A stretch of DNA of 64,000 nucleotides from a virus. The stretch lies in the IMG/VR virus record IMGVR_UViG_3300023094_000009, positions 64,001 through 128,000 of that record. One strand, 5' to 3'. Position 1 is the stretch's first letter; each line of letters starts with the position of its first letter. This document shows positions 9,375 through 18,135 of the stretch, piece by piece. Position numbers and translations under genes: made by a program. The notes under the pieces were generated by a model. It saw nothing but the letters and a program-made list of their open reading frames with translations. It was not told the origin of the DNA and ran no database searches.

Positions 9375-9802
9375 ATCATTACTCTTTCAAATAAATCTTG
9401 TAGCCACTTTTGTCTAGGTTTTAATCCTGACCACTTCCACCACTTTTTACATTCTTTACACTCGTAAATGAAGCAAATTCCGTCACCATATTCATTATTG
9501 AAAGGATGGTCTTTTGCTAATTCACCATTCTCAACTGTTCGTTGATGAACCGCTTCTATAACCTCCATTAACAGACCATTTTGATGATTACACTTTGGTA
9601 CTTCAATTCGTTTTATTGCATCAATATGTGTGTGCATATGATGTGCGGGATTAAAGTAGAATTTTTGAAAGGATGGTTTCTTAGTAGTCCCAAAATTTAC
9701 GTGTACAGCTTCATCGGTGACTTTGTAAACTTTGCCCTCTTTATTAAGCGAATATCCACTTGAAGAAATAACCGTCATTCCCCTTTTAAAATGTTGCTTC
9801 AT
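9371..9802 (-). CDS. hypothetical protein with C-terminal Cys/His cluster
   Basis: Start at ATG 9802 (MKQHF), downstream of TACCTTTG. Confidence 0.65.
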   Translation of the reverse strand: MKQHFKRGMTVISSSGYSLNKEGKVYKVTDEAVHVNFGTTKKPSFQKFYFNPAHHMHTHIDAIKRIEVPKCNHQNGLLMEVIEAVHQRTVENGELAKDHPFNNEYGDGICFIYECKECKKWWKWSGLKPRQKWLQDLFERVMI

Positions 9803-9814
9803 GCTATTTTTTGA

Positions 9815-9822
9815 CAAAGGTA
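9815..9822 (-). promoter_or_regulatory. -7 promoter element TACCTTTG
   Basis: TAnnTTTG; upstream inverted repeat TGTAACAAA/TTTGTTACA at 9833-9861. Confidence 0.65.
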
Positions 9823-9861
9823 ATACCAATCTTGTAACAAAAGTGTTAAAAATTTGTTACA

Positions 9862-12800
9862 TTAATCCTTTGGTTCTTTGTAAATCCTACCCATCGTTTC
9901 CTGATTGAAGTATAGCCAATCCTGTGTTGTTGCATCTACACCTTTTTCAAAGATTTGATCATAGCTTTTTGCCCCCACCAATTTTCTAAGATTCGGAGCA
10001 ACATCATCCTCTTTATCATTGTAAGTGGATTCGATGGTTTTTCCTATGTTAGTCCATAGAGATGTCATCACAACAGGTTGCTTAACTGCTTCCTGAATGC
10101 TTCGGAACATACCTGATGGTGTGATGGCTGAAGTTTCTCCATAAGTTCTGTAGGTGATGTACCTTCCAAAATCTTCTGCAAATGTGTCATCATCGTCATC
10201 TCCACCTTTCATAAGCAAAGCCAGATAGAAAACAATATTGAGCATCACCATCTGTAATCCAACACGCTTCAAGTTCTGCTTGCTCAATTCATCCAGATTA
10301 CCAAAAGCATTTACAAAGTTACCTTTAGCTAGAAGTACATCCTTGGCAAAACTGATTGCTGAATAATACGTTCCCTCTTCTTCAATTGCGGTTTGATAGT
10401 TGTAGTGCCTTCCTTTAAACATTCGTGCGACATTGATGAAAAGCCAACCCCTGTGTTGCATCATAAGGTTTAGGATGATGTTCCTGTTAGCTGCCAACTT
10501 ATCCGCTTCAGAAAGCTGACCATCCACCGCTTGTGCAAGATTCTTTGCCTTGGAGGAAATTTCATTCATAGTAGCTTCAAGCCTGTCTTCTGTAAGTTTT
10601 TCTCTTACACTCTCCTTAACACTCACTGTTCCTCCATCTATTTCCAGAGCATCGAAGAATGTGTCATTTTGTAAGGCACTCCATTTATTTTTTATTTCAG
10701 TTTGGTTTATCTGCGGGTTTAGTGTTTTCTGATAAGTTACGAAGGATGGATGAGACATATATTGTCCATCTACAAATCTGTAGTCATACAGAATAGTGTA
10801 CAAGATTTGAGGAACAACAGGTAAGTTGGCAAATCTATCCATAGCGAACGGAGATCGTAAAGCAACTCTTCCTGCCCTCCCAGCGACACTGTTACGTAAC
10901 CTGTCTGTCGTATCCGTTAGTCCAAACTTTTCCATGAGTGCAGAGATGCGGGAGGTATTGTTTATTTTACCACCTTGTGCTGTGAATGACCCCATGTCAG
11001 CAATTACTTTTCCTGTGGCTTTTCTCACCGAATCCCTATCATAGTGCTGACCAATTATGGTGTTTTCCAAGTTATTGTAAACCCCTGTTGCAAGAGAGGT
11101 TGCAGCAATAAAAGGACTGAAAGCAAGGTTTGAAATATTAGACAATCTTTGCATCTTGATAATGAAGGGTGTCAAATCCACCTCCATTCCTCCCATGTTG
11201 ACTTGCAATTTCAATGTCTGCCTGACCCCATACAAGTGATAATCCGCAGCTTCATTGTAGGCTTTCAAGGTATCACTAACCTGCCCTTTCACTGTGATCT
11301 TGCCTTTTGTCAAACCTGTCTGAAAGGTTGATCCAATAAGTTTGTTTCTTAGAGCATCTACCTTATGTTTCGTCTTCATGCGATTTTCATAGAGGTAGGC
11401 TTCTTTGAGCAATAGCATGGAAGCAGAGAAAGTGTCTTCTGATAAAAGAGATGCTTGTTCAAGTTTCCTTCTGAACATTTTAGGCGGAAGTTTTGCTCCA
11501 ATTTCTGCCAGCTCTTGACTACCATATTCCAATACATCTATCCTATCAGTGAAAAACTCCTTAACTGTTTCTACAACATTATCCTTGACACCTTTCAGCT
11601 TTAATGCTGCTTTCACCTTTTCCAGATTAGTCTTGGAAATCTGTGGTCTTAGGAAAATATTATCTGCGCTATTTGTTTTCTCGTTGTTAATTTGATTTAT
11701 GTTAGTTACCGCTTGTAAAAGGTTGAACTCTTCAATATTGTTTCTTGCCGTAAGTTCAGAAGGACTTGCTGATTCAAGCCATTCCTGTTCTGTAATTCCA
11801 TACTTAGAAAAATAGTCTGCATTTCTGTATTTACTTAAACGTGGTGTTCTTCCTTTTTTTGGGTTATATTCAGGATCAAGTAAGGCATTATTTCCGTCAT
11901 TTTCCGTCCACTGGAAATTAGGATTCAATTGGAAATTTTCCGTGCTTGTTGGAGCCTCCGAAAGCTTACCTTGCCAGTTGGTTAAATCAGAAATCAATCT
12001 TTCCCTTTCAGCAGGTATTTTATAAGAGTACATATAGGAAGCAAGATTCCTCTCAGCAAATAAATCTGCTAAAACCTGCAACCCTTCATCCTCTGTAATA
12101 TTATCAGGACTGAATAAACCTTCCTCAAACACTTCTGCCAGAAAGTCTTCAAATTCGGGAACGGAAAACACATCAGACACACGCGACCTTTCAAGGTAGT
12201 TCTTAAAACCTTCTGTCCTCACCCTGTTTTCAGCAGTCATGTGTTCCAAAGCAAAATCAAATGAAGTTTTACCACTTTCTCTTCTCATACTTTCATAGGA
12301 AGCGCCTAATGTTTTTTCCGTATTGGACGAAAATTCAAGTTCCGCTTTTAGATTGATGATTCTTCTTAGACGCGTAGTTTCCTGATCAATTTCAATCACT
12401 CTATTTCTCAGAATAGCTGTCAAGTCTTCAACCTTTATTTCGGTGGAATCCTTTGTATCCTTGTAAGCTTTCAGAATCTCTCTTCTTTGTGAAGTAATGT
12501 CTTTATATCTGTCAAGTGCTTCTTGGCGTTTCTGCCTTTTAAGTTCATCTTGCTCTTGATTAATCTCTTCCTGCGCCAGAGAAATATAATCAGGACTTCC
12601 TGAATCTATTGAATCATAGTAGTTGTCAGAATAAGTGATACGGGAATTGTCCAGATAAAACTTAATAGCTTCCTGCCTCCCTTGAGTTGCATCAATCTCA
12701 TCAATCCTATTTCTGAATTCTTGTGAAGCCTCTCTTTCAAATGAAATTCCTTTGCTCTTGTTCTCCATTCTTCGAGCCATACCGATATTGAATGAATCCA

Positions 12801-15549
12801 ATACAAACCGTGCATCAATTGATAAGTCCTCTAAACTGGAACCTTCTGATAAAACTGTAAAAACCCCCGTATAATCTTCAGGATTAAAGTTTTCACCATT
12901 AGTAGCCAATTGCATCCTGTTAATAGATTCCTGCTCTTGAGAAGAAAGTTCATTCCACTTAGCAACTCTCAATCCTGGATAGAATCCTCCAGAATTGTCA
13001 ACAGGTGATTTTTTAACTTTTTCCGCCCTATTGATTTCATCAAGCATAGCTTTTTCTCTTTCACTAAGCCTTGACATATCCAACTTGCCATCTACAATTC
13101 CTGAACTGGTGGCTTCTGATCGCATTCTTCTGAAACGAGACATGTCAGACAAAGAATCAGGTGAGACATTTGCTATCTGTTCAAGTCTTCTTAAATCATC
13201 ATAATATTCCTTTTTCCATCGGGAAGTGTTGTTTTCCAGCTCCCATTCCTGCATTTGATCTTGGAAGGACTTAACTTCTGACTTTATTTGTTCAGTTGTT
13301 TTTTCTGGGTCTATGTTTCTTAATACTTCCTGTACATTGTGTTGATTAAATTCTTTTTCTAGGTCTTCTCTCTTTGCTTGGGGTCTTAGCCTTTGAAGGA
13401 TGTCGAGTTGATTTGTTAGCCTGTTATCCTCCATCAATTGCCTGTCCACACCATCTTCAAAATAGTAGGTAGCATTTCCCTTTTCATCACGCGCAATGAT
13501 ACTTTTCTCAAACCTTCTCCAATTCTGTGCTTCATAGGATGTAGTGTAACCTTGAACCACATTCTTAAACATGGAAGAAGTTTGGGTGTACATATCCTGA
13601 ATAAACTTACCCAAAATCCCTAAGAAAGGACTTGCGCTCTGACTTAAAGGAGAAAACAATTTATGGAAAAATCCTACATCCTTGCTCACAGCATCCAGAT
13701 TATTTATGGTATTCTGTTTTTCCTGTTCAGACATGGTGGAATTATCAAGAAGATCATTCACCACTTCATCAGATACACCTGCCTTACTTTCGTCCATTTC
13801 GATCTGCATAGTACCCATACGGCTCAAGATGTCATTGATATCCCTAACTACTGAATCAGCAGATTTCTTCTCGTTTGTCGTATTAAATTCAGTTTGTTCT
13901 GCCCACCTTCTTAGTTCATTCAAGACTTGTGGGATATTGGTGTTATAAGCTTCAAAAATAGTGTAGTCCATTAGAGACATACCATTTGTTGGGATTCCGT
14001 TTGAAGTGGTAGTTTGGTTATCCTTATTTAAAATGTTGAGATTAGCTTTGATTGTGGAGTTTAGGCTATTTATGTTTTCGAGCTTTGTCAGATTAGAAGA
14101 ATCCTCTTCAACTCTTTCCAAAGTACCTATTAGATCTCCTGCGTTATGTTTCTTGAAGGTTTGCTGAATTTTATTCAACTCATTAAATCCTTTATTTATG
14201 TCGCTGGCAATTTTATCATTAACAGTCAAGGAAAAATAAACATCATCCCCCAAATTAGATTCAGAGAAATTTGTATAATTTTCATTGAGAATGTCTTTCC
14301 TTATGTTATTTACAAGATTGTTCAGAACGCTCTTATGTCTTTGAGTAAATCTGCTTGAAATGAAATCCAAAAATCTCTGCCACAATGTTGCAACTTCGGA
14401 CGTGAAAACATCTTCCTGAATGCTACGAGCCAAAACTTTCCCAAGAATCTCTTTTCTTACCTTGTTTTCAAGTTCAATCCCTGAATACTCATCTGAATAC
14501 TTGTTTCTGTAAACTTCTGCCCAATCCCTGTATTCTTGAGTGTCTTCCACCTCCATCATGGCAGATATGATAGAAGCCTGATCATTGTAAGCTTCAACTG
14601 CTAGGTGGGCAACTTCCTCTGTAATGACATCTTGGATATTGACACCTTCTGCCAAAGCAACCACACGATTGCTTAAATCAATAAGTCCTGCTACATCTGT
14701 ATCTTGTCCATGTCTCACAGTAAATGAGGCTCTATAATTATCCATAGTTGTTATGGAGATACCTAGAGAAGATAGGAAATTTATCAGCTTAACTGTGTTC
14801 AGTTTGTTTTTAGGCGCGTTTGTGTTGTCTCTTATCTGATCAAATGTACGTGTCAGTAAGTCATTGGCTCGAAGATACAAGTCCTCTTTGTAGAGTACAT
14901 CATCACGCTCCAATACTTTTTTAAGTTCAGTCTTGGAAACAACTTCAATCCCGCCATCTCTAGTGTAAACTGAAACGTAATCAGAAACAGGGTTTTCAAT
15001 TGTAATGCTTCCGTCCTGTTCTACCATCACGTAGTTACCCAAAACTGAAGAAGCTTCATCTTGAAAAACTCGTGCCATCAAAACTTTATCACGTACATAG
15101 TTTCCCTTACCCATCATTTTACCTTGGGTAAGTTTGTCTTCAATAACACCTTTTGCTATTTGGGAAGTGATGAATTTGTTGGTGGGGGTAAGCGATGTAT
15201 TGAAAGTAGCTACACGTAAGAAACTGTTGTCTTGTGGATTAACAAAACCCAAGTCAAGTCGCCCTTCATTACCTGCAATAATAATGTCTTCCAGATCTTC
15301 CAGAGTATTACCTTTCAAGTCTCTGAAATAAATCTTAGGCTCTCCTGTTGGGTAAGTGTTTGCACTTCCTGAATTATACAGAGCTTTCACTTCATCCGAA
15401 TACGCATTGGAATATATTTGAAGAGCTATTTCAGGCGAATTGAAATAGATGTTGGAATTGATTGCTTCAAACAATTGGGATTCTTGTCCATCTTCTGTTT
15501 GTACAGAAATTATTTGACCTTGATTATTTCTTTCTACTCGACACGCCAT
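9862..15549 (-). CDS. giant virion cargo/ejection protein (1895 aa) with metallopeptidase-like segment and C-terminal TM helix
   Basis: Size and position in crAss-like ejection block; TEEVAH motif; hydrophobic helix followed by GGDDDDD. Confidence 0.75.
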   Translation of the reverse strand: MACRVERNNQGQIISVQTEDGQESQLFEAINSNIYFNSPEIALQIYSNAYSDEVKALYNSGSANTYPTGEPKIYFRDLKGNTLEDLEDIIIAGNEGRLDLGFVNPQDNSFLRVATFNTSLTPTNKFITSQIAKGVIEDKLTQGKMMGKGNYVRDKVLMARVFQDEASSVLGNYVMVEQDGSITIENPVSDYVSVYTRDGGIEVVSKTELKKVLERDDVLYKEDLYLRANDLLTRTFDQIRDNTNAPKNKLNTVKLINFLSSLGISITTMDNYRASFTVRHGQDTDVAGLIDLSNRVVALAEGVNIQDVITEEVAHLAVEAYNDQASIISAMMEVEDTQEYRDWAEVYRNKYSDEYSGIELENKVRKEILGKVLARSIQEDVFTSEVATLWQRFLDFISSRFTQRHKSVLNNLVNNIRKDILNENYTNFSESNLGDDVYFSLTVNDKIASDINKGFNELNKIQQTFKKHNAGDLIGTLERVEEDSSNLTKLENINSLNSTIKANLNILNKDNQTTTSNGIPTNGMSLMDYTIFEAYNTNIPQVLNELRRWAEQTEFNTTNEKKSADSVVRDINDILSRMGTMQIEMDESKAGVSDEVVNDLLDNSTMSEQEKQNTINNLDAVSKDVGFFHKLFSPLSQSASPFLGILGKFIQDMYTQTSSMFKNVVQGYTTSYEAQNWRRFEKSIIARDEKGNATYYFEDGVDRQLMEDNRLTNQLDILQRLRPQAKREDLEKEFNQHNVQEVLRNIDPEKTTEQIKSEVKSFQDQMQEWELENNTSRWKKEYYDDLRRLEQIANVSPDSLSDMSRFRRMRSEATSSGIVDGKLDMSRLSEREKAMLDEINRAEKVKKSPVDNSGGFYPGLRVAKWNELSSQEQESINRMQLATNGENFNPEDYTGVFTVLSEGSSLEDLSIDARFVLDSFNIGMARRMENKSKGISFEREASQEFRNRIDEIDATQGRQEAIKFYLDNSRITYSDNYYDSIDSGSPDYISLAQEEINQEQDELKRQKRQEALDRYKDITSQRREILKAYKDTKDSTEIKVEDLTAILRNRVIEIDQETTRLRRIINLKAELEFSSNTEKTLGASYESMRRESGKTSFDFALEHMTAENRVRTEGFKNYLERSRVSDVFSVPEFEDFLAEVFEEGLFSPDNITEDEGLQVLADLFAERNLASYMYSYKIPAERERLISDLTNWQGKLSEAPTSTENFQLNPNFQWTENDGNNALLDPEYNPKKGRTPRLSKYRNADYFSKYGITEQEWLESASPSELTARNNIEEFNLLQAVTNINQINNEKTNSADNIFLRPQISKTNLEKVKAALKLKGVKDNVVETVKEFFTDRIDVLEYGSQELAEIGAKLPPKMFRRKLEQASLLSEDTFSASMLLLKEAYLYENRMKTKHKVDALRNKLIGSTFQTGLTKGKITVKGQVSDTLKAYNEAADYHLYGVRQTLKLQVNMGGMEVDLTPFIIKMQRLSNISNLAFSPFIAATSLATGVYNNLENTIIGQHYDRDSVRKATGKVIADMGSFTAQGGKINNTSRISALMEKFGLTDTTDRLRNSVAGRAGRVALRSPFAMDRFANLPVVPQILYTILYDYRFVDGQYMSHPSFVTYQKTLNPQINQTEIKNKWSALQNDTFFDALEIDGGTVSVKESVREKLTEDRLEATMNEISSKAKNLAQAVDGQLSEADKLAANRNIILNLMMQHRGWLFINVARMFKGRHYNYQTAIEEEGTYYSAISFAKDVLLAKGNFVNAFGNLDELSKQNLKRVGLQMVMLNIVFYLALLMKGGDDDDDTFAEDFGRYITYRTYGETSAITPSGMFRSIQEAVKQPVVMTSLWTNIGKTIESTYNDKEDDVAPNLRKLVGAKSYDQIFEKGVDATTQDWLYFNQETMGRIYKEPKD

Positions 15550-15552
15550 CTG

Positions 15553-15939
15553 TTATAAATTATTTGCGATTGCCAGAACTTCTGCTTCTGTTTTTCTTGT
15601 GATTATTTTTACTTTTGCGCCGATTTTGGCGTTGTCCTCGTCTACTGTACTGAACAAGTTTCCACAAACTTTCCTTATTTCGTATTTTGGCATGTTTGTT
15701 GTTTTAGAGAATCCCTTTTCGCGGATTATCCGGTATTTTAGATTCAATTTACCTATGGAAATAACTTCGCCTTTATTGAGGAAAGTCTTTAAGGTAATCA
15801 CCCACTTTCCCTTTTCTAAATCCATTTCCTCTGCAACGTAAGTAATGTTCAAGCCAACTCTGCTGTCAACTAAAACGGTACGAGATGGGTAATAGTTCCC
15901 AGTGTAAACAATTACAGGATCTTTTTTACATTCTTCCAT
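15553..15939 (-). CDS. hypothetical protein
   Basis: 128-aa ORF with its own promoter. Confidence 0.65.
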   Translation of the reverse strand: MEECKKDPVIVYTGNYYPSRTVLVDSRVGLNITYVAEEMDLEKGKWVITLKTFLNKGEVISIGKLNLKYRIIREKGFSKTTNMPKYEIRKVCGNLFSTVDEDNAKIGAKVKIITRKTEAEVLAIANNL

Positions 15940-15946
15940 TTGTTTG

Positions 15947-15954
15947 CAAATTTA
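15947..15954 (-). promoter_or_regulatory. -7 promoter element TAAATTTG
   Basis: TAnnTTTG 7 nt before ATG 15939. Confidence 0.7.
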
Positions 15955-15969
15955 ATGAAATTAATTGAA

Positions 15970-18135
15970 TTACAATGCACATTCGTTGAATTCTTTTTGG
16001 ATATTTTCTAATTCCGATTGAGGGTACAAATTGGTCATCTCTAAATTCGTGTCATTAACTGATTGCTTTGTGGTGACTTCTAATGTCTCCATATTCACTT
16101 CTTGTGGAAGGATAGGCTCAATACTCCTGACAGCTGAATTCAGTTTTTGTTCTGCTCGGTTTCTGTTGAAAGAGAAATTTGTATTTGTGTCGAAATAAAC
16201 ATTATTTTCCTCGACTCTGATTTGACCATAGATAGAGCCATCCACTGAATCCAAAAGTTTTCGGTAAATATTCTCTCCTGTTCTCAGGTACAAGTCTGTA
16301 TTTGGAGCTGTTATAATGAACTCTTCATCTGAAATAAAATTACCCATCTGCAACTCCTTTACAGAATCTGGGTTATTTAAAGCTTCTAAATCTTCATTAA
16401 TGTAGTCGTCTGTCTCTGTCAAAGTCTTGATTATTCCCTCTTTCTTTAGCTTTGCGTAATCTCTCAACTCTTTTTCAAAGCGGATTCCTGTTACATCGAC
16501 ATTTGGATTACTTAAAGTTATGTCTGCATCTGTTATTGAAAAATATTTCAATATTTTATTGTAGACAGGTGTGTTGTTTGACTTCTGCTCCAATTGGTAA
16601 GCATAAAAATCAGATACGAATTCTGTTTTAAGATATTCAGGATTCTCCGCAAAGCTGGCTTGATTTGTACCTAAAGGAGAGTGGTCAAAAATAACTTGAT
16701 AAAGAGAGATTTCTTCACCAAAACTGGAATCAAAGCCTATTTCTCTTGACTGTATAAACCTTCTTATTCCCTCTCTTGTGAATATTTCGTTTTCTGCAAG
16801 TTTTAGGTTTTCTGTGTCAAAATACTTTGGATCAATATTAATGGTGTTTTCAAGGTATGCCCTATAAACTGCATCATAAAGATTTTCCAGTGAAGTTCTT
16901 TGAACTCTTTGATATAGTCCTGAGTTGTCAATTCTTATTAGTCCTGAATTTTCGAATAGCGCATCCTCACTAAAGTTTGTATCTACCCTTACAATGTTCA
17001 GGGGTTTGTATTTTTCTGGAAGTGTTTCAAGTACGCTGTTCATAGGAGGTACTATCAGGGAATCTTTAATTAAGGAAAAGCTGTTAATATTTTCGTCCAC
17101 CGGATTATTCAGCATACCAACTGTTGATCTTACCAAGTCAATTACTCCTTGCCTGTTTGAAAAGTTTTGTTCTATTCCTACTACATCAACATTGTATTGG
17201 AGGAGTTCACTTGTAGTTTCTTTTAACAGTTTTTTAATTGCCGACTTTTTATCATCCCAAACTTCCTCTTCAATGCTCTCTAGGAAATCTAGAGTTTCCT
17301 CTAATTCAACCGTATCTACATTTGCCAGAATAGTATTTCTTGTTGTGGTGAAGGTAGAAAGATTCCTTGAAGTGAATGTATTCCCATCAAAAAATAAGAC
17401 AGGTACGTTAGTCTTGTCTTGAAGATAGTTAGTGATGCGATTGATAAAACTGCTTGAATCCAGTAACGCTGAAAACGCTGAATCAGCAATTGCTTTAACT
17501 AAAGAAGGCTTGGAAAAATCTCCATTAGCTGTATCAGAAATTGTTTTTATAATGTCTTGTTCATTGACAAAAGGAAATGTTCCAAATATTGTTTTTTCGG
17601 CTTCTGTGTCCTTGAACTTTGTGGTAGAAGTGAAGATTCGTGTATTGTCTGAAAATACATCAAAGTCCAGATTATAAACATTCATTCTGGCAAGCAGATC
17701 CCTCATCTTATTAGGGTTGAGTGCTTCAATTTCTTCTTGTGAATAAATCCCACTTTTCAGGAGTCTTTTCTCATCAATTTCAAAGTACCCGTTAGGTTGG
17801 AACAGGGAGTTCATTCTTGTTGTCAAAGTGAATAAACTATCCATGCCCAAATCATTCATCATCATTCTTGATTGCTGAAGCTCAGATTCGGATAGAGTTT
17901 GAGTATTGTCAAAGTTGTCAATGTAACGTAGAACTTCTTCTACGCTTGGTATCATATCATCACCAAACATTTCACTCCACCCATCCGTCTGAGTAACTGC
18001 CCATATTCTGAGAGCTTGGTCTGTGTCGCCAGTGAAGTCTAATGCTTGTTGGTATAAAGGAGAAATGGAGCCTTCCATATCAAATACAGAAACAGCTCCA
18101 TTAGTATTTACAACTCGACAACTTTTTATCATCAT
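15970..18135 (-). CDS. virion cargo/ejection protein (721 aa)
   Basis: Middle gene of the large-protein trio; N-terminus resembles that of the 1895-aa protein. Confidence 0.65.
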   Translation of the reverse strand: MMIKSCRVVNTNGAVSVFDMEGSISPLYQQALDFTGDTDQALRIWAVTQTDGWSEMFGDDMIPSVEEVLRYIDNFDNTQTLSESELQQSRMMMNDLGMDSLFTLTTRMNSLFQPNGYFEIDEKRLLKSGIYSQEEIEALNPNKMRDLLARMNVYNLDFDVFSDNTRIFTSTTKFKDTEAEKTIFGTFPFVNEQDIIKTISDTANGDFSKPSLVKAIADSAFSALLDSSSFINRITNYLQDKTNVPVLFFDGNTFTSRNLSTFTTTRNTILANVDTVELEETLDFLESIEEEVWDDKKSAIKKLLKETTSELLQYNVDVVGIEQNFSNRQGVIDLVRSTVGMLNNPVDENINSFSLIKDSLIVPPMNSVLETLPEKYKPLNIVRVDTNFSEDALFENSGLIRIDNSGLYQRVQRTSLENLYDAVYRAYLENTINIDPKYFDTENLKLAENEIFTREGIRRFIQSREIGFDSSFGEEISLYQVIFDHSPLGTNQASFAENPEYLKTEFVSDFYAYQLEQKSNNTPVYNKILKYFSITDADITLSNPNVDVTGIRFEKELRDYAKLKKEGIIKTLTETDDYINEDLEALNNPDSVKELQMGNFISDEEFIITAPNTDLYLRTGENIYRKLLDSVDGSIYGQIRVEENNVYFDTNTNFSFNRNRAEQKLNSAVRSIEPILPQEVNMETLEVTTKQSVNDTNLEMTNLYPQSELENIQKEFNECAL

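Noticed and set aside
10180-10205. GGDDDDD as a polymerase catalytic motif
   Set aside because: Acidic linker directly after a TM helix; no polymerase context
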